A stretch of DNA of 64,000 nucleotides from an uncultured delta proteobacterium (GTDB taxonomy: Bacteria > Myxococcota > Myxococcia > Myxococcales > Anaeromyxobacteraceae): NCBI GenBank assembly GCA_963814585.1, contig CAWFDF010000012.1, positions 1 to 64,000 on the forward strand, given 5' to 3'. Position 1 is the first letter of the stretch. Each line of letters opens with the position of its first letter. The notes under the pieces were generated by a model, which saw only the letters and a program-made list of their open reading frames with translations, did no database searches and had not been told where the DNA came from. Position numbers and translations under genes: made by a program. This document shows, one piece after another, positions 1-8,848 of this stretch.

Positions 1-1191
1 TGCCGTGGTGCGCAGCGCGGATGCGAAGTCCCCAAGGGTCACGCCATAGACGTTGGGAGCGATGACGTTGTCTTGAAGGTAGCTCACCAAGGACTTGCGA
101 TCGTTCGGATACCAGCGCTGGAGCGCCGAGTAGATTTCCGACGAAGGTGCCAGGCAGCCCGGGCAGATCTCCCCGATGGTCGCCGTGATGTTCCATTTGG
201 CCCAAGCGTCTGGCAGCCAAGAGCGTGGGGTGACGCCGGCCAGCCACGGGCCCGAGTCATTGACCAAGTACATCTTCTGGTTTGGCCAGAAGAGCCGGAA
301 GGTGTCGTAGTTGATGAGCGTGCCAAACCCGCCGACGGAGTGGCCACCCACGACGAGACGCGTCGGGTTCGGCCAGGTTGCCGCCACCCGCTCCAGATAG
401 GCGACGATGTTGGCATGGCCTCTGTGGTGCACGGTGAGGCTCTGCGCCAGCGAAGTGTACGTCACTTCGGCATCGCCTCCGTGCATGTCGGCCGTGCAGT
501 GGGACACGTAAAGGAACGTGAAGTCCCTGAACACGTTGTTCGGGTCCGTTCGCGACAGGATCGTTCCCTGCCAGAAGGTCGCGGAGTTGAACATGCTCAG
601 AGCTCTCTGTTGGAAGGATGCGTCGGCCGGCCCCAGGAGGCCTTGGTTCAAGAGCGAGTAGCATTCGTCGTAGTCGGCGCACATGTACCCGCCTTCCATC
701 CAGAAGAGCAGATCCTTGGACCCGGGCGAGATGAAGATCCCATACGGCGAGCCGTCGCCGCAGACGGTGTTCGGGAACTCCACGTAGCTCCACTGGCGGT
801 CGGGAAGCCCGATGATGGGCGCTCCCAGCGACGGCGGCGTGCGCACACGCGCAGGAAGCAAAGTGCACACGCTCGGCGCACCGTGGCATTCCCAGCCCGT
901 CTCGACGAGGCAGCTGGGCGAGCAGCCGTCGCCCGCCTTCGTGTTCCCGTCGTCGCAGACCTCACTGCAGACGAGGATACCGTCGCCGCAGATCGACGTG
1001 CAGGTTGTCTTGCCGCCTGTCGGGGTTGTGCAGTTCCAGCCTGGCTCCAGCTTGTGGGCTGACGAGCACCCGTCGCCCGAGTTGACGTTCCCGTCGTCGC
1101 AGGTAGTGGCGTCGCCGCCCCCACCCGCACCCCCGCACCCCGCCAACGAGACCAGACCGATGAGAAGAGACGTCATTGTGGCTCGCCTCAT
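1..1191 (-). CDS. Lipoprotein with myxobacterial Cys-rich repeats (DUF4215-like) fused to a pectin-acetylesterase/Notum-like alpha/beta hydrolase; runs off the window start
   Basis: Translated by hand; absent from the ORF track because no stop lies in the window. ATG at 1191 after AGGAGA. MRRATMTSLLIGLVSLAGC lipobox, two CDDGN..GDGCS repeats, then YVEFPNTVCGDGSPYG..WMEGG and a GHSVGG nucleophile elbow. Confidence 0.75.
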   Translation of the reverse strand, partial: MRRATMTSLLIGLVSLAGCGGAGGGGDATTCDDGNVNSGDGCSSAHKLEPGWNCTTPTGGKTTCTSICGDGILVCSEVCDDGNTKAGDGCSPSCLVETGWECHGAPSVCTLLPARVRTPPSLGAPIIGLPDRQWSYVEFPNTVCGDGSPYGIFISPGSKDLLFWMEGGYMCADYDECYSLLNQGLLGPADASFQQRALSMFNSATFWQGTILSRTDPNNVFRDFTFLYVSHCTADMHGGDAEVTYTSLAQSLTVHHRGHANIVAYLERVAATWPNPTRLVVGGHSVGGFGTLINYDTFRLFWPNQKMYLVNDSGPWLAGVTPRSWLPDAWAKWNITATIGEICPGCLAPSSEIYSALQRWYPNDRKSLVSYLQDNVIAPNVYGVTLGDFASALRTTA

Positions 1192-1614
1192 GGCTACTCT
1201 CCTGCGGGCTGAGCCCGCGTCGCGGCATCGGATGACAGAAGGTGAATGGGAAGGGCACACCGATATTGCCGGCGCACTTGGCCTTTGCGGTCGGCGGCTC
1301 TCGCCGGACCAGCAGCCATAGCAATTCCTCCGATTCAGATTCGACCTCTGAACTGAGCCCGGCAAGCGCCCCGATGTCTCAGCCCTCCGGGGGCGACTCC
1401 GCAAGGTCAACCCGGGCCACTGCGACCGCAAACGAGCACCAAGCGTCTGCCCCGCCGCTACGGTCGCGGCCCTGCCTCCCGCCCTCGACCACCGCCAACC
1501 TCGCGCCGTCTTCGCTCGGGTCGAGCACCAGCTCGCCGAGATGGACCGCCGCACCGGGCGCTGCGCCATGTGCAGGTCGGCTGAGTCGCGCTAGCACCTT
1601 GGGTGGCCCTTGGG

Positions 1615-2385
1615 TCAATTCGAACCCGAGAACGACTCGTCGAACCCGATGGTGTGGGTGTCCAATCCGATCCGTACCTGAATGCGCAGGCTACACGGCC
1701 TCGTCTGAACCACCATCCCCTGGCGAACGTCGTCGCATCTCGTATGTCGGGTCGGTTCAATCACAACCACCCCAGAGACTCCTTCACCCGCTCCAACGGT
1801 AGTCCTCTGAAGGAGTGTCGCGACTTGGCCTAGTTGCGTCTGCTCTCTTGCGCGGATGGCTTCGGAATTGGCGGCCGCACCCGCAGCCACTTGACGCTGC
1901 GCCTGGGCAGCCTGGCCGCTGTTGTAGGAGTTGCCGGCAAAGCTCATGTTGCCGACCTGACCTGAGAAGGTGGTTGTCCCGGCGTCAGATGCTTGCAGGG
2001 TCGCGGCACCAGCAGCGAATGCGTTTCTCGACTGAGCCCAGGCGGCATCGGATAGGACGGCATCCTCAATCTCGACTGCCTTGACGATACGTGCGGGCGA
2101 GCCGTTCGCTGTCGCGCTGAAGTTGGCTTCCGATATCTCAATACGGGCTGGTCCTCGGTTTCGAGCCGAAACCATGAAGAAGATACGCTGCTCCACCTTG
2201 TACCTGCCGGTCGGCCCAGTCTTGGGCGCGATGACAACATCGGAAGCCGCGCCTCTGGACATCACGATGGGCGTTCCGCTCTTGTAGAGAACCTCCTGTC
2301 CCTGGAAGCGTACGGGTTCAACGCTCGCCAGGGTCGCAGCGCAACCTGAGCAGAGAATGCTGAGGACTAGTGCTCCAGTTCTCAT
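1615..2385 (-). CDS. Hypothetical lipoprotein
   Basis: 256-aa ORF with signal peptide and lipobox-like LCSGC; protein-like composition. Confidence 0.65.
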   Translation of the reverse strand: MRTGALVLSILCSGCAATLASVEPVRFQGQEVLYKSGTPIVMSRGAASDVVIAPKTGPTGRYKVEQRIFFMVSARNRGPARIEISEANFSATANGSPARIVKAVEIEDAVLSDAAWAQSRNAFAAGAATLQASDAGTTTFSGQVGNMSFAGNSYNSGQAAQAQRQVAAGAAANSEAIRAREQTQLGQVATLLQRTTVGAGEGVSGVVVIEPTRHTRCDDVRQGMVVQTRPCSLRIQVRIGLDTHTIGFDESFSGSN

Positions 2386-2566
2386 CAGAATCCCAAGTGG
2401 TCTATCGGCACTGCTTCTAGTTGACGCACTCGTGCTTGTTCACGAAACGACCAAACTCTAACGGAAGTTCGGATGGGATCGGCAAGTCAAGCGTGGCTTG
2501 AGTGGGGCTGCGCCTAGGGGCGTAGAGGTTGGCTCACCTGCCGCCCACCGTGACCACTAGCCCAGC

Positions 2567-2848
2567 CTAGTCAACCCCACGCCGTGGCCAGGCTCGCATC
2601 GTGACCAGAACCCGGGGCTTGGGCGCTCCTGGCCACACCTCGTGGCGCAGCATCCGGTAGGGGCCGCGCTTCTCCAGGTAGTAGCGCGTCGAGCCGGCGA
2701 GGGAGGGCTTGGCGCCGGCATCGAGCTGCAGCGTCACCACGTCGCCTTGCGACGACACCTCGCGGGCGGACCAGTTCGGCGGAGCCAGGCCGTCGAGGGC
2801 GACTGCCGGATCGAAGCCGTCGTCCTCGTTGAACTCCCAGACGTTCAT
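2567..2848 (-). CDS. Hypothetical protein
   Basis: 93-aa ATG ORF with normal composition; no recognised motif. Confidence 0.4.
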   Translation of the reverse strand: MNVWEFNEDDGFDPAVALDGLAPPNWSAREVSSQGDVVTLQLDAGAKPSLAGSTRYYLEKRGPYRMLRHEVWPGAPKPRVLVTMRAWPRRGVD

Positions 2849-3069
2849 GGAGGGGATGAAACGCGGGGCTGGGCCGGCAATCCCTGCGGACGGAGCGTCC
2901 GCAGGCGAGGTTACGGACTCATAGTCCGCAGCCTGGTCAGAAAGCAGACTGCGACCCGTAGGGTAGCGCCCCTGGCCCGGCGGAAGTCCCCGGACGCCCT
3001 AGGAGTGTCGCTCCCCACTGTCGCGGCAGTACCGGAGGGCCAGGGAAGCTGGATGCTCCAGTGGAGCGA

Positions 3070-3093
3070 AGAACGCACCACAGAACGCACCAC
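3070..3093. repeat. 12-bp tandem repeat AGAACGCACCAC x2 (candidate integrase arm-type site)
   Basis: Exact tandem copy about 60 bp outside the att repeat. The reverse complement GTGGTGCGTTCT resembles the island's TGGTGCA repeats. Confidence 0.55.
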
Positions 3094-3099
3094 GAACCC

Positions 3100-3148
3100 A
3101 AAAAAGAAAAGGCGCGGATCGCTTTTGGTCAGCGATTCCGCACCCTTC
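3100..3148 (-). terminator. Rho-independent terminator downstream of the tRNA-Pro 3'-end copy
   Basis: Minus strand AAGGGTGCGGAATCGCT-loop-AGCGATCCGCGCCTT followed by TTCTTTTTT. Confidence 0.7.
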
Positions 3149-3150
3149 CA

Positions 3151-3194
3151 AGTCGGGGAGACAGGATTTGAACCTGCGACCCCTTGGTCCCGAA
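3151..3194. repeat. att repeat (distal copy): 44-bp duplication of the tRNA-Pro 3' half
   Basis: AGTCGGGGAGACAGGATTTGAACCTGCGACCCCTTGGTCCCGAA, identical to 29565-29608. Confidence 0.95.
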
Positions 3195-3515
3195 GGGCCG
3201 CAGGCCGATCCGCACGTCGTGGCACCGGGTGGCACCGCTTCGTATCCCTTCGATAACATTGGGCGCGCGACCGACGGTGGTTTCCACCCAGTGGCACCGT
3301 TTCCACCGGATGAGACGCCGTTTGGTGCATTAGTGGTGCAGGAGCATCCGGGGCCCCTGCTGACTGTTGGCGAGGTCTCGGCTCAGCTCCGGGTGTCGCG
3401 TGCGACCGTCTACCGGCTGGTGGCCTCCGGGCGACTGCCGAGCCTGCGCGTTTCGAACTCGGTTCGCATCCCTTCGTGGGCCACACGGCCGTCGTCATGG
3501 GACCAAGGCCGGTAA
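3168..3515 (+). CDS. Excisionase-family (HTH_17/Xis-like) DNA-binding protein; true start may be GTG 3333 or 3336
   Basis: LLTVGEVSAQLRVSRATVYRLVASGRLPSLRVSNSVRIP is a typical Xis/MerR-type HTH; it lies directly inside the att repeat. Confidence 0.8.
   Translation: MNLRPLGPEGPQADPHVVAPGGTASYPFDNIGRATDGGFHPVAPFPPDETPFGALVVQEHPGPLLTVGEVSAQLRVSRATVYRLVASGRLPSLRVSNSVRIPSWATRPSSWDQGR
3318..3343 (+). repeat. 26-bp repeat copy 1 (putative integrase arm-type sites, TGGTGCA x2)
   Basis: CCGTTTGGTGCATTAGTGGTGCAGGA, identical to 29473-29498. Confidence 0.8.
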
Positions 3516-3563
3516 TGTTCCGAGTCGCCAACCTTGGCGCTGCCCGCCGTGCCATGTATCGCT

Positions 3564-4352
3564 CTAGTGAGCCTCTTTCCGAAGCTGGCGTTCTCGGAGG
3601 TCATCCTTCCACCGGTACGGCAGGTCGACGATGGAGCCGGCGGGCAGGGATTGGGCGGCGTAGGTCAGGCAGTCACGCAGCACCGCCTCATGCGTGACGA
3701 CGTCACCGACGTCGCCGAGGGTCAAGCCGAACGGATGCTGGACGAAAAGCGCCTTCGACGGCTTCACCAGCGCCGTCATCTCCTTCACCAACGAGAGCGA
3801 GACCGTCGGTACACCAGCCTCATCGAAAACCCTCTGGACCAGTCCCACGGACTGGGAGCAGACGGGTCAAGAAGGGACCAGGATCGCCAGCTCGACCCCG
3901 TCTTCCCTGAGCAACTGGGCCACCTGTGGTGCCCGGTCCCGAAGCAGGCTCTCGGTCCGCGGGATGTAGCCCATGAAGGAGACGTGACGCGGGGCCACCT
4001 CACCGACGGCGCCGGCGGCGCAGAGCCGGCTCAGGAGCTGGTACGGGAAGACCGTGTCCAGATCCTGCTGGGCACGCCTGGTGTCGTAACCGGGATGGGC
4101 CAGTGCGACCTCCGATGGTGGGATCTCGCTGGGGATGATCCGGAAGCCGTCGTCACCGAGCGGGCTGCGAGTGTCGAAACGAGGCTGGCTGGCCGGGAGA
4201 TAGGCCCCGCTCGTCACCACCAGCGCGACCCGGCAGGCCTCCACCGGCTTGGCGAGCGGCGTGCCCGGCGTTGGCTCGGCGAAGGTCGTCCACTCGAAGT
4301 CCGGCATCAGCTTGCGCCGGAGGTAGTCGCGTTCGACGTCGGTGAAGCTCAC
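3564..4352 (-). CDS. PrdB/GrdB-like selenoprotein, UxxC motif (Sec TGA at 3867-3869)
   Basis: ORFs 3867..4931 and 3564..3848 are in frame across one TGA: AILVPS-U-PVCSQSVGLVQR. VALVVTSG and HVSFMG motifs of the reductase component B family. GTG start overlaps the cysK stop. Hairpin at 3839-3855. Confidence 0.9.
3839..3855 (-). promoter_or_regulatory. Candidate bacterial SECIS hairpin
   Basis: CCAGTCC-GTG-GGACTGG, starting 11 nt after the UGA. Confidence 0.7.
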
Positions 4353-5359
4353 GTCCCACCCCGTTCCATGAGCGGCCGAGGTTGGAGCTGCTTCGAGGCC
4401 AGGAACTCGGAGTTGAAGATTTTCGACGCATAGCGACTCCCGTGGTCGCACAGGAAGGTGACGATGCGCAGCCCCTCGCCCCGATGACGTAGGCCGATCT
4501 CGAAGGCAGCGCGCACATTGAGCGCCGCAGAGGTGCCCACCACCAGCGAGTCCTGACGCGCCAGGTGGTACAGCATCTCGATCATCTCCTGGTCGGTGAC
4601 CCGCATGGCCTCGTCCACCTGCGCCTGGCGGAAGTTCTCGGTCAGCCGCATGATGCCGATACCCTCGGTGATCGAGCCGCCAGTGGTCTCCAACTTCCCC
4701 TCCCGGACCTGGCAGTAGAGGCCGGAACCATATGGGTCGGCCAGCACCACGCGGGTCCTGGGTCGCTTCTCCTTGAGGTAGCGGCTCACGCCGGAGATGG
4801 TCCCGCCGGAGCCGACAGAGGCGACCAGCACATCCACCCTCCCCCCGCACTGCGCCAGTATCTCGGGCCCGGTGGTCTCGAAGTGGAAGTCGCCGTTGGC
4901 GGGGTTCTCGAACTGGTTGGCCCAGAACCACCCTTCCCGCTCCGCCAGGATCCTGGCCTGGTGGAAGAAGTGGCCTTCGTTGGCGAAGGGGACTGGCGGG
5001 ACCTTCCGGATCTCAACGCCCATGGCCTCCAGCGCCTCGTACTTCTCACGGGCCTGGTTGTCAGGCATGGTCACGACCACTCGGTAGCCGCGCTCCCGCC
5101 CCAGCAGCCCGAGCCCGATGCCGGTGTTCCCGGCCGTCCCCTCCACGATCGTGCCGCCGGGCTTCAGGAGGCCGGCCTCCTCGGCGGCCAGGATCATCCC
5201 TTTTGCCGCCCGGTCCTTGATGCTGCCGCCAGGGTTCATGAACTCGGCTTTTGCGAGGATCTCGCAGCCGGTGAGGCGCGAGAGCGAGCCGATGCGGAGC
5301 AGCGGCGTGTTGCCGACGGCGTCCCAGAGATTTCCGATAGGCGGGGCGGAGGTGGTCAC
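4349..5359 (-). CDS. cysK: Cysteine synthase (PLP-dependent, CysK family)
   Basis: GNTPL, KAEFMNPGGSIKDR (PLP lysine), EGTAGNTG, NQFEN, GSGGT, EGIG motifs. Confidence 0.9.
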   Translation of the reverse strand: MTTSAPPIGNLWDAVGNTPLLRIGSLSRLTGCEILAKAEFMNPGGSIKDRAAKGMILAAEEAGLLKPGGTIVEGTAGNTGIGLGLLGRERGYRVVVTMPDNQAREKYEALEAMGVEIRKVPPVPFANEGHFFHQARILAEREGWFWANQFENPANGDFHFETTGPEILAQCGGRVDVLVASVGSGGTISGVSRYLKEKRPRTRVVLADPYGSGLYCQVREGKLETTGGSITEGIGIMRLTENFRQAQVDEAMRVTDQEMIEMLYHLARQDSLVVGTSAALNVRAAFEIGLRHRGEGLRIVTFLCDHGSRYASKIFNSEFLASKQLQPRPLMERGGT

Positions 5360-5429
5360 GGAGGGTGAGTACCGGCCGCCGGCTCCGGGCGCAAGGGCTT
5401 CGCACGCCTCGGCCATCCCGGGCCGTGCC

Positions 5430-5455
5430 TGTAACGTCTCGCGGCCTGCCGAGTC
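5430..5455 (+). promoter_or_regulatory. ECF-type promoter motif, oriented antisense to the GST gene
   Basis: TGTAAC-N15-GAGTC, a match to the island consensus. Confidence 0.6.
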
Positions 5456-5470
5456 CATAGGAACGAAGTG

Positions 5471-6100
5471 TCAGATTCCAAAGACCAGCTCCGCCGTCCT
5501 CTGCCAGCTTGGCCTCGCCAGCAGGCGCTCCAGCCAACGCTGCACGGCCGGGTACCTTGTCAGGTCGAATCCGCCGTCGACGATGAGCCAGAGATGCGGG
5601 GCGTAGGCAATGTCGGCGAGGGAGAAGGCCCCCTCCAGCCACTCCATACCGGCCAGCGCACGCTCGAGCACGGGCAGCCAGCGCTCGAGGTCCTTGCGCG
5701 CCGCCTCGGCGGCCCGGGCGTCCCCCGTGGTCTTCCAGAACTCCTGCATGCGCCGGCTGGTTTGGAAGAAGAGTGGCGCGCAGGCCGGCGTCACGTGGGC
5801 GGCCTGGAAGAAGAGCCAGCGCTGGACCGCCGCGCGACCCTCGGTCGTCGCCGGGAGCAGGCCCGCAGCCGGGTTCTTCTCGGCCACGTACCAGTTGATG
5901 GCGTTCGACTCCCAGAGCTGGAAGCCGCCGTCGGAGAGCGCAGGGATCTTCCCCATCGGATTGATCGCCAGGTATCCGGCACCCCGATGTTCGCCACCGT
6001 GCGTGTCGAGCAGCCGGGGGATGAAGGGCACGCCAGCTTCGTAGAGTGCGAAGACGGACCTCGCCGAGTTGCCCGACATCCGCCCGTAGAGGAGTTCCAT
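5471..6100 (-). CDS. Glutathione S-transferase family protein
   Basis: INPMGKIPAL, LWESNAI and FSLADIA motifs. Confidence 0.9.
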   Translation of the reverse strand: MELLYGRMSGNSARSVFALYEAGVPFIPRLLDTHGGEHRGAGYLAINPMGKIPALSDGGFQLWESNAINWYVAEKNPAAGLLPATTEGRAAVQRWLFFQAAHVTPACAPLFFQTSRRMQEFWKTTGDARAAEAARKDLERWLPVLERALAGMEWLEGAFSLADIAYAPHLWLIVDGGFDLTRYPAVQRWLERLLARPSWQRTAELVFGI

Positions 6101-6189
6101 GATGTTCAGCGTACCGTATCGTCCGATGCACGCCAGCACGGCGGACGTTCGCCACGCTCATCGCGCCTACCGTCCAAGGAGTCCACGGC

Positions 6190-7074
6190 ATGAACCGCAT
6201 CAAGTCGGTGTTCATCGGCATCTACCCCGTGGTCACCACGGGCATCCTGGGCTACTCCGCCTGGATGCTGTTCGCCTCCGGCCAAATCCTGCTCTGGGCC
6301 GGACCGCTCCTCACGGTCGTCCCATTCATGTTGTTCCTGGGCCGGGCCATGCTGCTCAGGAACCTGGCGCGGACCAGCGCGAGCTTCCCGGCACTGAACG
6401 CCATGGCCGTCGCTGGCGTGGGACTGAGCGCCTTCCAGGTCATTGGGCGCAATGGCGACCAGTCTGCGCTCCTGCTCGCAGCCGTCGGCGCGGCCACCTT
6501 CCTGGTCTACTCGGTCTGGTACTCGGACCTGGGCCGCACCGCGAGCGGGAAGCTGGCGGTCGGCAAGAAGTTGCCCGACCTCGAGTTCCTGGCCGCCGAC
6601 GGCAAGCCGATTCATGTCCACGACTTCCTCGGCGCGCCCGCGCTCATCTTCTTCTACCGCGGCAACTGGTGCCCGCTCTGCATGGCGCAGGTGAAGGAGG
6701 TGGCCGCCCGCTACCGCGAGATCGCCGAGCTCGGCGCCCGCGTGGCGCTCATCAGCCCGCAGCCGCACGACAACACGCGGGAGCTAGCCCAGCGCTTCGA
6801 GGTCCCCTTCGACTTCCTGACCGACGTGGGGAACAGGGCGGCCCGCGCCCTCGACATCGAGATGAGGAACGGACTGCCAATTGGCTTCGGCCTCCTCGGC
6901 TACGAGAACGACACCGTCTTCCCGACCGTGATCGTGCTCGACGCCCAGGGCGTGATCCGATGGGTGGACCAGACCGACAACTACCGCGTGCGCCCCGAAC
7001 CCGAGACCTTCCTTCCCGTGCTGCGCAGCCTGGTCGGCGCCCCGGAGAAGCCGGTCGCGGTAGCTTCTATCTGA
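6190..7074 (+). CDS. Membrane-anchored peroxiredoxin-like (AhpC/TSA, redoxin) protein
   Basis: About four N-terminal TM segments, then FFYRGNWCPLC and the NYRVRPEP C-terminal motif; AAGGAG RBS. Confidence 0.85.
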   Translation: MNRIKSVFIGIYPVVTTGILGYSAWMLFASGQILLWAGPLLTVVPFMLFLGRAMLLRNLARTSASFPALNAMAVAGVGLSAFQVIGRNGDQSALLLAAVGAATFLVYSVWYSDLGRTASGKLAVGKKLPDLEFLAADGKPIHVHDFLGAPALIFFYRGNWCPLCMAQVKEVAARYREIAELGARVALISPQPHDNTRELAQRFEVPFDFLTDVGNRAARALDIEMRNGLPIGFGLLGYENDTVFPTVIVLDAQGVIRWVDQTDNYRVRPEPETFLPVLRSLVGAPEKPVAVASI

Positions 7075-7093
7075 TGGGAGGGAGGATTCGGAA

Positions 7094-7564
7094 ATGGGCG
7101 CAGTTCTGGAAGTGATCGGAGGGCGCTGGAATCGGCTCATGTCGACCGTGCTGCTTGGATCACTCCTGCTCTCGCCAGGCTGCCACGGTGGCGAGGCATC
7201 GAACCCCGCACCCCAGGGAGGAGCAGGGCAGACCCGGCGATACACGGTCCGGGGCGAGGTGGTCCGGGCGGCCGCCCCGACGAGCCAGGGCGGAGAGGTC
7301 TTCATCCGCCACGAGCCCATCGACGACTTCACCGACAGCAGCGGGAAGGTCGTGGGCATGGCGTCGATGACCATGCCGTTCCCGATGGGACCCGAGGTGC
7401 TATCGGACCCTCTCGCCGCAGGAGACAAGGTCGAACTCCGCTTCCTGGTGGACTGGTCTGGACCCGCCTTCCGGGTGGAGCGAATCCAGAAGTTGCCGCC
7501 CGCGACTCGCCTTCGTTTCGGCCCGGCGGCGCTCCGGTCGAAGCCGGTTCAACCATCGCAATAG
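7094..7564 (+). CDS. CusF-like periplasmic copper-binding lipoprotein
   Basis: YTVRGEV..IRHEPI..MASMTMPF with His/Met ligands; lipobox-like LSPGC. Confidence 0.75.
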   Translation: MGAVLEVIGGRWNRLMSTVLLGSLLLSPGCHGGEASNPAPQGGAGQTRRYTVRGEVVRAAAPTSQGGEVFIRHEPIDDFTDSSGKVVGMASMTMPFPMGPEVLSDPLAAGDKVELRFLVDWSGPAFRVERIQKLPPATRLRFGPAALRSKPVQPSQ

Positions 7565-7609
7565 CGGAGGGTCTCGCAGACGAATCGGCCGGATAGCCCG
7601 GTGAGCACA

Positions 7610-8848
7610 TCACCGCGCCAGGCGGATCCCCGTCATCTGCCAGCGCGCCTGCGGTGGGAAGAAGTTGCGGTAGCTCGGCCGCAGGTGGCTCCCCGGCGAG
7701 AGGCAGGAGCCACCACGCAGGACCAGCTGGTTCACCATGAACTTGCCGTTGTACTCGCCGACCGCCCCGGCTGCGGCCTTGAAGCCCGGGTAGCCCACGT
7801 ACGGACTGGACGTCCAGGACCAGGCGCCCCCAAGCAAGGGCACGTCGCCGGAAGTGGCGAGCGGCTCCAGCCACCCGTTCTCCACGAACTGCCCGCCCGC
7901 TGGAGACGAGCGCGCAGCCGTCTCCCACTCGGCCTCGGTGGGGAGCCGCGCTCCAGCCCACCGGGCGAAGGCGTCCGCCTCGTAGTAGCTCACGTGGGTC
8001 ACCGGGGCGCCGGGATCGACTGGCCACTCGCCGTGGAGCGTGAAGCGCGACCAGCCGCCTTCTCGGCGGGTCCAATAGGGCGGCGCCTCCCAGCCCCCGG
8101 CCTGGGCCGCGGCAAATCCGTCCGAGAGCCAGAGCTCGGCGCGCCGGTAGCCGCCGTCCTCGATGAAGGCCAGGTACTCACCCGCGGTCACCGGGCGAGT
8201 GGCCACGGCGAAGGGCTGGAGGAAGGCCTGGTGAGCCGGCCCCTCGTTGTCGAAGGCGAAGCCATCGCCCTCGTGACCGATCTGGACCAGGCCACCGTCG
8301 TGCTGGTGCCACCTCAGCGGCGTCTCGACGGATGGGGGCGGCGCGGGCCGCGCGCGGAAGGCCGGCGCCAGCGGATTGCGCGAGAAGGCGTGGTGGATGT
8401 CCGTGAGCAGCAGCTCCTGGTGCTGCTGCTCGTGGTGGAGTCCGAGCTCCACGAGCGCCATCACCCCAGGCGCCGCCGCCCCGGGCGAGGCGAGGAACGC
8501 GCCGATGGCCGCGTCCACCGACGCCCGGTAGGCCCTCACCTCGGCCACGGTGGGCCGGGTCAGCAGGCCGCGCTCCGGTCGGGGGTGCCGCGGTCCCGCC
8601 GCCACGTAATAGGAGTTGAAGATGACGTCCCAGCCGTCCCGAAATGGACGGTAGCCCGGGGCATGGGGGACGAGCACGAAGGTCTCGAAGAACCAGCTGG
8701 TGTGCGCCAGGTGCCACTTCACCGGGCTGGCGTCCGGCATCGACTGGACGACGTAGTCCTCCAGCTCGAGCGTCTCGCAGAGCCGCTCGGTGGCCGCCCG
8801 CACCTCCTTCCACCGCGGGATCGGGCTGCCTGCCCCCTGCACCGTCAC
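7610..8848 (-). CDS. egtB: Ergothioneine biosynthesis sulfoxide synthase EgtB (type II-like)
   Basis: QSMPDASPVKWHLAH, FNSYY..RPER, HHEQQHQE iron ligands, and an FGE-like domain with EYNGKFM and YRNFF. Confidence 0.92.
   Translation of the reverse strand: MTVQGAGSPIPRWKEVRAATERLCETLELEDYVVQSMPDASPVKWHLAHTSWFFETFVLVPHAPGYRPFRDGWDVIFNSYYVAAGPRHPRPERGLLTRPTVAEVRAYRASVDAAIGAFLASPGAAAPGVMALVELGLHHEQQHQELLLTDIHHAFSRNPLAPAFRARPAPPPSVETPLRWHQHDGGLVQIGHEGDGFAFDNEGPAHQAFLQPFAVATRPVTAGEYLAFIEDGGYRRAELWLSDGFAAAQAGGWEAPPYWTRREGGWSRFTLHGEWPVDPGAPVTHVSYYEADAFARWAGARLPTEAEWETAARSSPAGGQFVENGWLEPLATSGDVPLLGGAWSWTSSPYVGYPGFKAAAGAVGEYNGKFMVNQLVLRGGSCLSPGSHLRPSYRNFFPPQARWQMTGIRLAR

Noticed and set aside
3151..3194. 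A second tRNA-Pro gene
   Set aside because: Only the 3' half is present; the sequence diverges at the anticodon loop and lacks the D arm and 5' acceptor strand.
3511..3526. GGTAAT..GAGTC at the end of xis as another regulon promoter; also weak TGAAAT-N15-TTGTC at 25280-25305
   Set aside because: The first has a 5-nt spacer and the second deviates in both boxes, so neither was counted among the 11 sites.
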